From: an uncultured Rhodospirillaceae bacterium
GTDB lineage: Bacteria > Pseudomonadota > Alphaproteobacteria > MPNO01 > UBA2964
Assembly (NCBI GenBank): GCA_964477025.1
Contig: CAYZDH010000002.1
Location: 1 to 43,148, forward strand
DNA length: 43,148 nucleotides
Reading direction: 5' to 3'
The translations under genes and the position numbers were made by a program. Below the pieces are notes generated by a model. The model worked only from the letters and a program-made list of their open reading frames with translations. It was not told where the DNA came from and did no database searches. Shown here piece by piece: positions 7,873 through 16,817 of this stretch; the stretch's first letter is position 1, and each line of letters begins with the position of its first letter.

Positions 7873-9048
7873 TTGAAGATTTTGATTGCAGGAGCTGGGT
7901 TGGGCGGGCTATCAGCCGCTGCATGCCTTTTGCAAGAGGGGCATGACGTTCAGGTATTTGAACAAGCGCCCAAACTTGGCGAAATTGGTGCTGGCATTCA
8001 GCTTAGTGCGAACGCTATGCATGTCCTCAATCATATCAATATAGGTGAGGCTGTTTCGGCAATTTCTGTGAGACCCGGGGCCTACGTTTTTCGACTTTTT
8101 GATACTGCTGAAATAATTCAGGAGTTTTCTCTGGCAGAAGAGCATCTAGCCCTCCACAAGGCCCCCTACAATCAAATCCATCGTGCGGATTTTCATGACC
8201 TATTAGTTAAGAGGGTCAAGGAACTAAGACCAGATTGTATTCATCTTAATAAAAGGGCAGTCAGTTTCGATGAAACTGAAGATGGCGTCGGCCTTAAATT
8301 TGATGACGGTACAATAATAAGTGGCGATTTAGTAGTAGGTGCAGACGGTGTTAAATCGGCTATTCGTGATCAAATTTGTGGACCGGTTCAGGCTGTATAT
8401 ACGGGCGATGCGGCTTGGCGCGTGACAGTACCAACCTGTGAATTACCACCTAACTTTATTGATGAAGTAATGTCTGTATGGATGGGGCCAGGACGGCACG
8501 CCGTTTGTTATTATATACGCAGTGGTGAAATTCTAAATTTTGTTGGCGCCGTTGAAGCTAAAGATGAGCCGATTGAAAGCTGGACTGCTAAATTCCCATG
8601 GGAGAAATTTAAATCAGACTTTGAAGGTTGGAATGACAAAGTTCAAACTATCATTGACATGGTGGACCATGAAGCCTGCTACCGGTGGTCGATGTATAAG
8701 CGACCGCGCCTTGATTACTGGAGCACTAAAAGAGCCACGATACTTGGCGATGCTGCGCATGCAACAATTCCTTATTTAGCGCAAGGGGCTGCTATGGCGA
8801 TTGAAGATGGGGCTGTCTTAGCCCGTGCGTTGAAACAACATGAGAGCTTATCTCAAGCCTTAGCGCTTTATGAGAATAATCGGATAGATCGAACAGCGCG
8901 TGTAGTTGAGACGTCAGATGCGAATAAAAAGCTATTTCATCTTGATAGCGTTGAGGAGATCCGTCAGGCCTTTGCAGGCAGGGATGAAGGCGAAGATCGA
9001 AACGCTTGGTTATATTCCTATAATCCTTTGACCATAGATTTAGTCTAA
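7873..9048 (+). CDS. FAD-dependent aromatic-ring monooxygenase (salicylate hydroxylase / 6-hydroxynicotinate 3-monooxygenase-like)
   Basis: TTG start. It has the N-terminal GxGxxG motif (ILIAGAGLGGLSAA), the DLVVGADGVKSAIR motif and the LGDAAHATIPYLAQGAAMAIEDG motif typical of group A flavin monooxygenases. Confidence 0.85.
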   Translation: MKILIAGAGLGGLSAAACLLQEGHDVQVFEQAPKLGEIGAGIQLSANAMHVLNHINIGEAVSAISVRPGAYVFRLFDTAEIIQEFSLAEEHLALHKAPYNQIHRADFHDLLVKRVKELRPDCIHLNKRAVSFDETEDGVGLKFDDGTIISGDLVVGADGVKSAIRDQICGPVQAVYTGDAAWRVTVPTCELPPNFIDEVMSVWMGPGRHAVCYYIRSGEILNFVGAVEAKDEPIESWTAKFPWEKFKSDFEGWNDKVQTIIDMVDHEACYRWSMYKRPRLDYWSTKRATILGDAAHATIPYLAQGAAMAIEDGAVLARALKQHESLSQALALYENNRIDRTARVVETSDANKKLFHLDSVEEIRQAFAGRDEGEDRNAWLYSYNPLTIDLV

Positions 9049-9123
9049 CGAATAGAGGCTTCTGAAACCGTGCCGATTGGCTTCAAGCAGATTATACGAC
9101 TGGCCGCAAAACTTTTTAGATTC

Positions 9124-11448
9124 TCAATTCTGGGCTTGCTGAATAGTTCTCCATAGACGTTCCGGTGAAAGCGGCATATCTAGGTGTGTTACCCCAAGGG
9201 GATTTAGTGCGTTGATTACGGCATTCATAACTGCCGCTAGTCCACCAACATTACCAGCTTCGCCAGCCCCTTTAACACCTAAAGGATTTGTCTTTGTTGG
9301 CACGGGGTTGGCTTTGACTTCCATGTAACTTATGTGCTCGGCCCGCGGCATCGCATAGTCCATGAATGAGCCAGTGATAAGCTGGCCATCATCATCATAA
9401 ATAATTTCTTCGAGTAGGGCCTGTCCAACGCCCTGTGCTATACCGCCCTGGATTTGACCTTTTAGTAGCAACGGATTCATAACCGTGCCGACATCATCGA
9501 TGACGTTATAATTTAAAATCTCAACTATGCCTGTGTCCGGGTCGATCTCCACCTCACAGACGTGGCATCCATTCGGATAGTTCATGATTTCTGCTGTATA
9601 AGTTGCCTGCTCGTTTAGGCCGGGCTCCATACCATTAGGTACTTTGGTAGGTGAAATGGCAGCTTTAGCAATTGCCGCAAAATTGATTGTCTTATCTGTG
9701 CCGGCGACAGCGAATGTGCCCTCATGAAATTCGATATCTTCGATGGCCGCTTCAAGTTGGTGCGCGGCGATCTTTTTGGCTTTTTCGATGATCTTGTCAG
9801 TCGCCATTAAAACGGCGGAACCGCCAAGTGTCGCCGACCTAGATCCCCCGGCGCCGTGGCCGAACGCAACCTTGTCGGTATCTCCCCAGATATAGTTGAC
9901 GTCTTCTGGCTTCAATCCAAGCTTATCACAAACAATTTGTTTGTAGACTGTCTCGTGTCCCTGACCCTGTGTGCATGAGCCTGATAGGATTGTCACCGTA
10001 CCTGAACGATCAACACGAAGCTCTGCAGCCTCTATGCCGGGTGCTGCCGCCCTCTCGATTGTGTTGGAAATCCCAATTCCTCGAAGCTTACCAGCTTCTT
10101 TGGCTTGTTTTCGCCTAAGTTCAAAATTTGCGTAGTCTGACATTTCTAAAGCGAGGTCTAAATTTTTTTCGAACTCGCCAGAATCGTATGTAAACGTAAG
10201 ACCTGTTTTAAAGGGCATAGCTTCCGGAGGGATTGTGTTAATCCGTCGCATCTCAATCGGGTCCATTTCCATTTCGTTGGCCGCGAGGTCGATCATCCGC
10301 TCGATTATGTATGCGGCCTCCGGGCGACCAGCACCACGATAAGGGGTCATAGTATTAGTGTTTGATAAAACGCCGGTGACAGCAATATGGATCGCGGGGG
10401 TAGTATAGACACCGGCAATTGTCCCTAAGTTATTAATTGCAGGGTTTGGGGTCGCGCCCCCGATATAGGCGCCCAGGTTGGCTATACTGCTGGCGCGCAT
10501 TGCCAGAAATTTACCATCTTTATCTAAGGCCAGTTCGGCCTCCCAAAAATTATCGCGGCCACCATAATCCGAAAGAAAAGCTTCGCTGCGATCAGCGAGC
10601 CACTTTACAGGTCGGTTCAACTTCCGAGACGCTAGAAGACATAGGGGGTTTTCTGAATAGATCGGAGACTTCATCCCAAAACTACCGCCAACATCCTGCG
10701 CTATTACACGGACCTTACTCTCGGCAACTTTGAGAATTCGTTGAGCTAGCGTAGCGCGATATGGGTGAACGCCTTGCAATGTGGTGTATAGCGTATAAGA
10801 GTCGTCAAATGAGCTGTAGTGTCCGGTGCACCCACGAGGTTCCATTGTGGCGGCCATGACGCGCGTTATATCTAATTTCTGGCTAGTAATATGGTCCGCC
10901 TGTTCAAAGGCGGCATCCACTGCAGCTTTATCGCCAACTTCATGCAGAAAACAAATATTGTCGTGGCACTCGTCGTGGACGGCGGGGGCATCAGCCGCTA
11001 GAGCGGCTCTGCCTGAGGTAACCGATGGCAAGACTTCGTAGTCTATGTGGATTAACTCGCAGGCGTCCTTAGCCTGGTTTTCAGTTTCGGCAACGACCAT
11101 TGCGATGTAATCACCGACCCGCCTGACCCTCTTGTCCGTTACAATTGGTTTCATAGGCGGAACAAACATTGCTGAGCCATCGGGGCGCTTTCGTCCTGAG
11201 GCTACTGGCAAATCACCCCAACCGCTTTCTTTCCAATCTTCACCTGTAAGCACCAACAGAACGCCAGGTGCTGTTTTTGCCCCACTGATGTCGATGCTCT
11301 TCATATGAGCATGGGCAAATGGTGAACGAAGGATTGCGGCGTGCGCAGTATTTGGAAGCTGTGCATCGTCGACATATCGTCCGCCGCCACTTAATAGCCT
11401 TGGATCTTCTGAGCGTGGGATCGGCTGACCTAAAGCGAATTCGCCCAT
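9124..11448 (-). CDS. molybdopterin-binding large subunit of an XDH/CODH-family hydroxylase (form II CoxL-like)
   Basis: 774 aa with the N-terminus GQPIPRSEDPRLLSGGGRYVDD. The active-site loop is TPYRGAGRPE (the form II type, not AYxCSFR), and the C-terminal motif is GVKGAGEAG. No FeS or FAD subunit genes are adjacent. Confidence 0.9.
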   Translation of the reverse strand: MGEFALGQPIPRSEDPRLLSGGGRYVDDAQLPNTAHAAILRSPFAHAHMKSIDISGAKTAPGVLLVLTGEDWKESGWGDLPVASGRKRPDGSAMFVPPMKPIVTDKRVRRVGDYIAMVVAETENQAKDACELIHIDYEVLPSVTSGRAALAADAPAVHDECHDNICFLHEVGDKAAVDAAFEQADHITSQKLDITRVMAATMEPRGCTGHYSSFDDSYTLYTTLQGVHPYRATLAQRILKVAESKVRVIAQDVGGSFGMKSPIYSENPLCLLASRKLNRPVKWLADRSEAFLSDYGGRDNFWEAELALDKDGKFLAMRASSIANLGAYIGGATPNPAINNLGTIAGVYTTPAIHIAVTGVLSNTNTMTPYRGAGRPEAAYIIERMIDLAANEMEMDPIEMRRINTIPPEAMPFKTGLTFTYDSGEFEKNLDLALEMSDYANFELRRKQAKEAGKLRGIGISNTIERAAAPGIEAAELRVDRSGTVTILSGSCTQGQGHETVYKQIVCDKLGLKPEDVNYIWGDTDKVAFGHGAGGSRSATLGGSAVLMATDKIIEKAKKIAAHQLEAAIEDIEFHEGTFAVAGTDKTINFAAIAKAAISPTKVPNGMEPGLNEQATYTAEIMNYPNGCHVCEVEIDPDTGIVEILNYNVIDDVGTVMNPLLLKGQIQGGIAQGVGQALLEEIIYDDDGQLITGSFMDYAMPRAEHISYMEVKANPVPTKTNPLGVKGAGEAGNVGGLAAVMNAVINALNPLGVTHLDMPLSPERLWRTIQQAQN

Positions 11449-11547
11449 ATCATGGGTCTCCTTAAAGAAGTTCTGTTGCGATTTTAATCGAAAATCTTCT
11501 TTTAGGTAGGGTTAGCGTAATGCTTTTTCAAAGAAATTAGATGAATT

Positions 11548-11580
11548 TACCAAAAATAACATTTTCTGTTATTTTTGGTA
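11548..11580. promoter_or_regulatory. 13-bp perfect inverted repeat (candidate operator) in a divergent promoter region
   Basis: TACCAAAAATAAC-attttct-GTTATTTTTGGTA lies between the divergent starts of the Mo-hydroxylase (11448) and the MFS gene (11729). Confidence 0.5.
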
Positions 11581-11728
11581 ATAAGGGACGCGCAGAGAGT
11601 TATTATTATTTTTACTACTAAAACCTTGCTAAGTGGCCAAGGTCTTTAATCTTTTATAGATTATTCTTTGGATTAACTGGGTGTAGTTTTTACACAAGAA
11701 CCAGAGGGTTTTAAAAAGCTAATGCAAA

Positions 11729-13093
11729 ATGTCAATGAATTCAGACCCTTTGGGTGATCATCAGGTATCCCTTCGGATACAAAGTACTGTTTATGGCATA
11801 GGCCTATTTTGCACGTCCGTTTACTATATGATGGTCGTCATTGTGCCGGTGTTTGTCGCCTCGCTGGGTCTGTCCTATTTTTGGGCAGGCATAATACTTG
11901 GGTGTCGCCCGGTTTTATCCCTCTTTTTTTCAATTCATGCTGGCGCGCTAATGGATCGTATTGGTGGCCGCCGCGTAATGATATTTTTTGGCGCAGTGGG
12001 CGTAACCGCACCTTTACTTTATCCGCTTGCCCCCATAATGGATTGGATCTGGTTGCTAATAATTAGCCAAATGCTGGCGGGTATGGCCGATTCAATGGGA
12101 TGGCTCGGCGCGCAAACCCTTATTGGTCAGCACATGGAAGGGCGAACCAAATACACTGGCAGGCTAAGCGCAATTATTCGTCTGGGACATATAATTGCTC
12201 CAATTATGGTGGGGGTTGCGTGGGACCACTGGGGAGCCTGGGCTGCTTTTGGGCTGATGAGTCTCTGGAATGGTGGTTTCTTAATTTGCGCACTTTTGTT
12301 ACCCAAGAGTCATAAAATTACCGAGGATCCTAACGGAGAAACCGCTAACTCCAGGATAGGCGAGGAACGGATAAGATGGAGAGAGCTGTTACCTAATAAG
12401 TCTGATTATATAAGTGCTTTTAGATTACTCGCTATTCCTGCGGTAGCCGCGACTGTGATGATAGGAATGATGCCTCACGTTGGTAATTACGTTCAGAGCA
12501 CCTTCTACGTGATTTGGCTGGGACAAAATGGGATAACAGGGACTTTAATAGGGATCCTAATTTCAATTTTTTCAATTTCGGCAGCATGCGGCTCCTTATT
12601 GATGCCGAAATTGGCCCGAAAATTCTCTCCTTACTGGTTATTCCTCTTCGTTGTTTGGATTTCTATATTTATGATTTGTATAACTCCCATTGTTAGTTCT
12701 CAATTTGTAAAAGATTTTATGTACTTTCTGTTATCACCCTTAAATTCTATGCAAAATCTTGATGTGATTACGCCGCTTATTGCCCTTATCGTAGCATTCG
12801 GATTAGTGCTTGCCTTACGTGCCGTATTTCATGGGATCCAGCAGCCGCTGGTCATTTCACTCATTCTTAGCACTACAGAACCAGACGAGCAGGGAAAGGC
12901 AATTGGACTTCGCGCCACCGCCAACCGGATAACATCAATCGGCACGCCGATAGCCATGGGCGCTATTGCTGATTGGTTAGGCCTCGAGTATGCATTTTAT
13001 GCCATCGGTTTAATCGCTACATTAATGATCTTGCTGATGACCTTTTATATTGCTCGCCACCCAGAGGTGCATACCGCTAAATTTAATAATTAA
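11729..13093 (+). CDS. MFS transporter
   Basis: 454 aa with about 12 hydrophobic segments and a GALMDRIGGRRV loop (the MFS signature between TM2 and TM3). Confidence 0.8.
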   Translation: MSMNSDPLGDHQVSLRIQSTVYGIGLFCTSVYYMMVVIVPVFVASLGLSYFWAGIILGCRPVLSLFFSIHAGALMDRIGGRRVMIFFGAVGVTAPLLYPLAPIMDWIWLLIISQMLAGMADSMGWLGAQTLIGQHMEGRTKYTGRLSAIIRLGHIIAPIMVGVAWDHWGAWAAFGLMSLWNGGFLICALLLPKSHKITEDPNGETANSRIGEERIRWRELLPNKSDYISAFRLLAIPAVAATVMIGMMPHVGNYVQSTFYVIWLGQNGITGTLIGILISIFSISAACGSLLMPKLARKFSPYWLFLFVVWISIFMICITPIVSSQFVKDFMYFLLSPLNSMQNLDVITPLIALIVAFGLVLALRAVFHGIQQPLVISLILSTTEPDEQGKAIGLRATANRITSIGTPIAMGAIADWLGLEYAFYAIGLIATLMILLMTFYIARHPEVHTAKFNN

Positions 13094-13266
13094 TACAGCA
13101 AAAACAAATAGAAAAGAATAAACCCTTACTCAATACATTTAGAAAAATCATAGAAGAAAATTTAAGTTCTGTTTACCGTGGTCGCTCTCCATTGCGCGCC
13201 GCACAATTTTGTCCCACAATTCAAATTAGAAAAAATATAATTATTGAACGGAGAGGGAGTGTTTTC

Positions 13267-13974
13267 ATGGCTAAACCCGAAGAATTTGAGGAGCATTGTT
13301 GGAAAGACGTAATTCCACCGGAGGATATACAGACCTACGCTCCCTACGCACGCGAAACCTTTATTGGGAAAAACCCTGCGTTGCTGTGCATTGATCTCTA
13401 CAATCTTGTCTACAAAGGTGGCCCAGGGTTACCGCATGAACTTGATGCCGAATACCCGAACAGTTGCGGCGTGTATGCCCACAACGCAATTGAACCAACC
13501 AAAAGCCTTTTTACGGCCGCACGGGCGGCAGGCGTGCCGGTTTATTACGTAACGGCCCAGTTTAATCCGCATCGGGTAAATTCTACAAAGCGTGTTCACT
13601 TAAAAACGACAGCAGAGGATTGTGAGATACACGACGCGTTTGCGCCGCAACCTGAAGATGTTGTATTTCGTAAGGAGCGACCCAGTGCCTTTTTTGGTAC
13701 TCCGCTAATAGCACACCTCAATCAGAGACGAATAGACAGCCTAATCGTATGTGGTGAGAGCACCTCTGGTTGCGTGCGGGCCAGTGTGCTTGAGGCACAC
13801 ATGTTTGGATTGCACGTATCCGTTGTCGAAGAGTGTGTTTTCGATCGCTCTGAGACAATCCACAAAGTTAGCCTATTTGACATGCATCACAAATATGCTG
13901 ATGTCATGAAGGTCGACGAGGTAATCACGCATTTAAAAAATATTCCGACGCAAAACCCGGCTAGAGTTGCCTGA
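13267..13974 (+). CDS. isochorismatase-family cysteine amidohydrolase (N-carbamoylsarcosine amidase / maleamate amidohydrolase NicF-like)
   Basis: I chose the internal ATG (Met26) preceded by GGAGAGGGAG. The Asp (LLCIDLYN), Lys (FRKERPSAFF) and Cys (CGESTSGCVRAS) triad motifs are present, followed by VVEECVFDR. Confidence 0.85.
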   Translation: MAKPEEFEEHCWKDVIPPEDIQTYAPYARETFIGKNPALLCIDLYNLVYKGGPGLPHELDAEYPNSCGVYAHNAIEPTKSLFTAARAAGVPVYYVTAQFNPHRVNSTKRVHLKTTAEDCEIHDAFAPQPEDVVFRKERPSAFFGTPLIAHLNQRRIDSLIVCGESTSGCVRASVLEAHMFGLHVSVVEECVFDRSETIHKVSLFDMHHKYADVMKVDEVITHLKNIPTQNPARVA

Positions 13975-14028
13975 TAATTTAGAAATTCTAATTAATTCAT
14001 GTTACTATTAGAAACTGTAATATGGGAT

Positions 14029-14841
14029 TTACTTGCCGTGAAATTTTGGTGGCCTTTTTTCTAGCATGCTCGTAACGGCCTCGAGGTGATCATCCGTTGA
14101 ATGGCAAATCGCCTGAATTGACGCGCAGTTATCTAAAAAGTCGGTGAGGTGGGTATTCATTGATTGCCGGAATAGGGTTTTTAACATCCGCGCTGTTATA
14201 GGTGGTCGGGATGCTATTGTTTCGGCGAGTTCCATTGTACGGGTCATGAGCTGATCTGGTTCCACACATTCCAACGCTAGGCCTATCTCAGCTGCCTCCA
14301 CTCCTTCGACAATTCGTCCGGTAAAAGTGAGCTCCGCCGCCCGTTGAAGGCCTACGCGCCTTGGTAAAATCCATGCGCCGCCATCGCCAGGAATTATTCC
14401 AACATTAATGAAAGTTTCCCCAAATTTGGCTTTGGTAGAGCAGATCGTTATGTCGCAATAAAGGGCCAAGTCACATCCCGCTCCAATTGCGGGTCCCTGG
14501 ACCGCTGAAATAGAAGGGATATCGAGTGCGTAAAGGGCCTTCGGAATACGTTGGATGCCTTCAATATACCCGCGCCTGACGCCAGCAGAACCGCCACCAA
14601 AGATTCCCTTTTTTTCTTTCATATCTTTTATATTTCCACCAGCGGAGAAGGCGCTACCTTCCGCCGACATCACTAAAACTCTTGCCTTGGGGTGCACCTG
14701 AACTTTACCTAAGGCATCTAGAATTTCATCAGTAAAATCTCGTTCAGAGTAGGCGTTACGAATATCGTGTCGTGCTAGGATTAAATGGGCGATGCCATTC
14801 TCCAGCGTAAATTTAATATTCTTATATTGGTCTCCCGACAT
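14029..14841 (-). CDS. enoyl-CoA hydratase/isomerase family protein
   Basis: 270 aa with an AGGAGA RBS. It has the crotonase fold motifs SAEGSAFSAGGNIKDM and ISAVQGPAIGAGCDLAL. Confidence 0.85.
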   Translation of the reverse strand: MSGDQYKNIKFTLENGIAHLILARHDIRNAYSERDFTDEILDALGKVQVHPKARVLVMSAEGSAFSAGGNIKDMKEKKGIFGGGSAGVRRGYIEGIQRIPKALYALDIPSISAVQGPAIGAGCDLALYCDITICSTKAKFGETFINVGIIPGDGGAWILPRRVGLQRAAELTFTGRIVEGVEAAEIGLALECVEPDQLMTRTMELAETIASRPPITARMLKTLFRQSMNTHLTDFLDNCASIQAICHSTDDHLEAVTSMLEKRPPKFHGK

Positions 14842-14974
14842 TGAGTTCTCCTGATTAAGCGTTTTAGAAAATTGGGGGGCTAGAAATTCTTTCCGTTAAG
14901 CAAGTGTATAGAAATGGTATACGACTATTTCGCTCACGGTTTCTGAATAAAATGACAGGCGTTAGTATACATAG

Positions 14975-16474
14975 ATGACTGAAAAAAATAAGTCGCCTTT
15001 TTTTGCTGAAAATGGCCACGAGATTCTTACTACTGAACAAATGATTTCAGCAGATACTGAAATGAGTCTTAATGGAACCGCCGGCCATGTTTTGATGGGA
15101 AATGTTGGCCGAGCGGTTGTTGTTGAATTAACTAAAAGATGGCGCACCCAACCCACTAGGGTGCTTTGCGGTCCCGGAAACAATGGTGGAGATGGTTTTG
15201 TCATTGCGAGGCTTCTAAAGGAGAGAGGCTGGCCGGTAAAGCTTTCGCTTTTGGGCAATTTGAATTCACTTTCTGGGGACGCCTTGCGAATGGCAAAACG
15301 TTGGAAAGGAGAGACCGAAGCACTTGATATTTCTTGCCTTAATAATGAAACTCTTATCGTTGACGCCCTATTTGGCGCGGGTCTAACGCGGGAGGTGAAG
15401 GGTCCTGCGGCCGATATTGTTAATGAGATCAACGAGCGCAAACTCACGTGTGTTGCAGTTGATATTCCGAGTGGCGTTGCTGCGAATACAGGTGAAATAT
15501 TAGGTGTCGCACTCCAATGTGAACTAACCGTTACTTTTTTTCGAAAAAAGCCCGGTCATTTACTTTATCCGGGGAGAGGCTTGTGCGGCCAAATTAGCTT
15601 AGTAAATATTGGGATTTCTGAGAAAGTTCTAACGAATATAAAACCCAATACCGCGCAAAATGACCCTAAAATATGGTTGGCTCAATATCCATGGCCTCAA
15701 ATATCTAACCATAAATTTACCCGTGGAAGTGTTTTGATCGCGGCAGGGGCATTAATGACAGGTGCTACACGTTTGGCTGCTCGCGCTGCATCTCGGATCG
15801 GTGCAGGGGTGGTTACGATCGCCGGTTCCGAGGAGGTATCTAATGTATTTGCAGGTGATGACCCAAGTTTTTTAGTTAAAAGTTACGCTGGCGGTAAAGA
15901 ATTCGCCTCTTTATTGAAGGATGAACGTTTAAACACGTTATTGATCGGTCCGGGTGCCGGTATAAATTCCGAAACCGCAGAATTGGTGCTGCAGGCGTTG
16001 AAGACCAATAAGTCTGTCGTTTTAGATGCAGATGCGCTGACCGTTTTTCGGCAACGCCAAGAAGAATTTTTTAAAGCTATAGTGAAATCTAATGTTGTCC
16101 TTACTCCGCACGAAGGGGAATTTTCTCGTTTGTTTGATGTTTCGGGGGATAAGCTTGTAAGATCCCGAAAGGCGGCAGAAAAGAGTGGTGCGGTCGTTTT
16201 ACTTAAGGGACCAGATACAGTTGTTGCGGCACCCGATGGTCGCGCCACAATTAACTGCAATGCCCCTCCTACACTTGCCACCGCAGGGGCTGGAGATGTT
16301 TTAGCCGGATTAATAGCGGGTTTGCTAGCTCAAGGAATGGATCCCTTTTTGGCTGCTTCAGCAGCTTGCTGGGTTCACGGAAAAGCCGCCGTTGAGTATG
16401 GCCCTGGGCTTATCGCGAGTGATTTACCGGAATTTATTCCTAGGGTTTTGAGGGATTTGAAGGGCTACAATTAA
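14975..16474 (+). CDS. nnr: bifunctional NAD(P)H-hydrate repair enzyme (epimerase / ADP-dependent dehydratase)
   Basis: 499 aa. The YjeF N-domain motif is CGPGNNGGDGFV; the carbohydrate-kinase-like C-domain carries GAGDVLAG. Confidence 0.9.
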   Translation: MTEKNKSPFFAENGHEILTTEQMISADTEMSLNGTAGHVLMGNVGRAVVVELTKRWRTQPTRVLCGPGNNGGDGFVIARLLKERGWPVKLSLLGNLNSLSGDALRMAKRWKGETEALDISCLNNETLIVDALFGAGLTREVKGPAADIVNEINERKLTCVAVDIPSGVAANTGEILGVALQCELTVTFFRKKPGHLLYPGRGLCGQISLVNIGISEKVLTNIKPNTAQNDPKIWLAQYPWPQISNHKFTRGSVLIAAGALMTGATRLAARAASRIGAGVVTIAGSEEVSNVFAGDDPSFLVKSYAGGKEFASLLKDERLNTLLIGPGAGINSETAELVLQALKTNKSVVLDADALTVFRQRQEEFFKAIVKSNVVLTPHEGEFSRLFDVSGDKLVRSRKAAEKSGAVVLLKGPDTVVAAPDGRATINCNAPPTLATAGAGDVLAGLIAGLLAQGMDPFLAASAACWVHGKAAVEYGPGLIASDLPEFIPRVLRDLKGYN

Positions 16475-16654
16475 TATACCAAATGAAGAAATAGGCCATT
16501 TTTATAATAATTCTTAAGAAATCTTCAGAGGAAGTGGCAAAGTTTTAACTCAATAAGGAAATATTGTCTTAACACGTCTATATTTTCATCCGCCATAACT
16601 GTGTTATAAGGCACGCCGCTGCAAGTTTTTGGGTTAATAAAATTTTGGTTCATT

Positions 16655-16739
16655 GCGGGCGTGGTGGAAATGGTAGACACGCCAGATTTAGGTTCTGGTG
16701 GCGCAAGCCGTGGGGGTTCAAGTCCCTTCGCCCGCACCA
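16655..16739 (+). tRNA. tRNA-Leu: tRNA-Leu, anticodon UAG, long variable arm, CCA encoded
   Basis: GCGGGCG pairs with CGCCCGC in the acceptor stem. The anticodon stem-loop is CCAGA-TTTAGGT-TCTGG, the T loop is TTCAAGT, and the length is about 85 nt. It sits upstream of tig, as in many alphaproteobacteria. Confidence 0.9.
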
Positions 16740-16817
16740 AAATGAAACTCGAACTAATAGCAAGTTTTGACCTATGGCAGATGAAATTATATCTGCAGAA
16801 ATGATGCAAGGAAGTCG

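Noticed and set aside
9124-11448. Calling the large Mo subunit a carbon monoxide dehydrogenase (CoxL).
   Set aside because: The active-site loop is of the YRGAGR type rather than AYxCSFR, and no coxM/coxS/coxDEF genes are adjacent. Only the generic family call is justified.
14962-15447. 161-aa ORF antisense to nnr. Similar cases are 15883-16281, 16988-17437, 17483-17812 and 18044-18421 within nnr, tig and clpP.
   Set aside because: They are Ser/Pro-rich shadow translations of strongly supported housekeeping genes.
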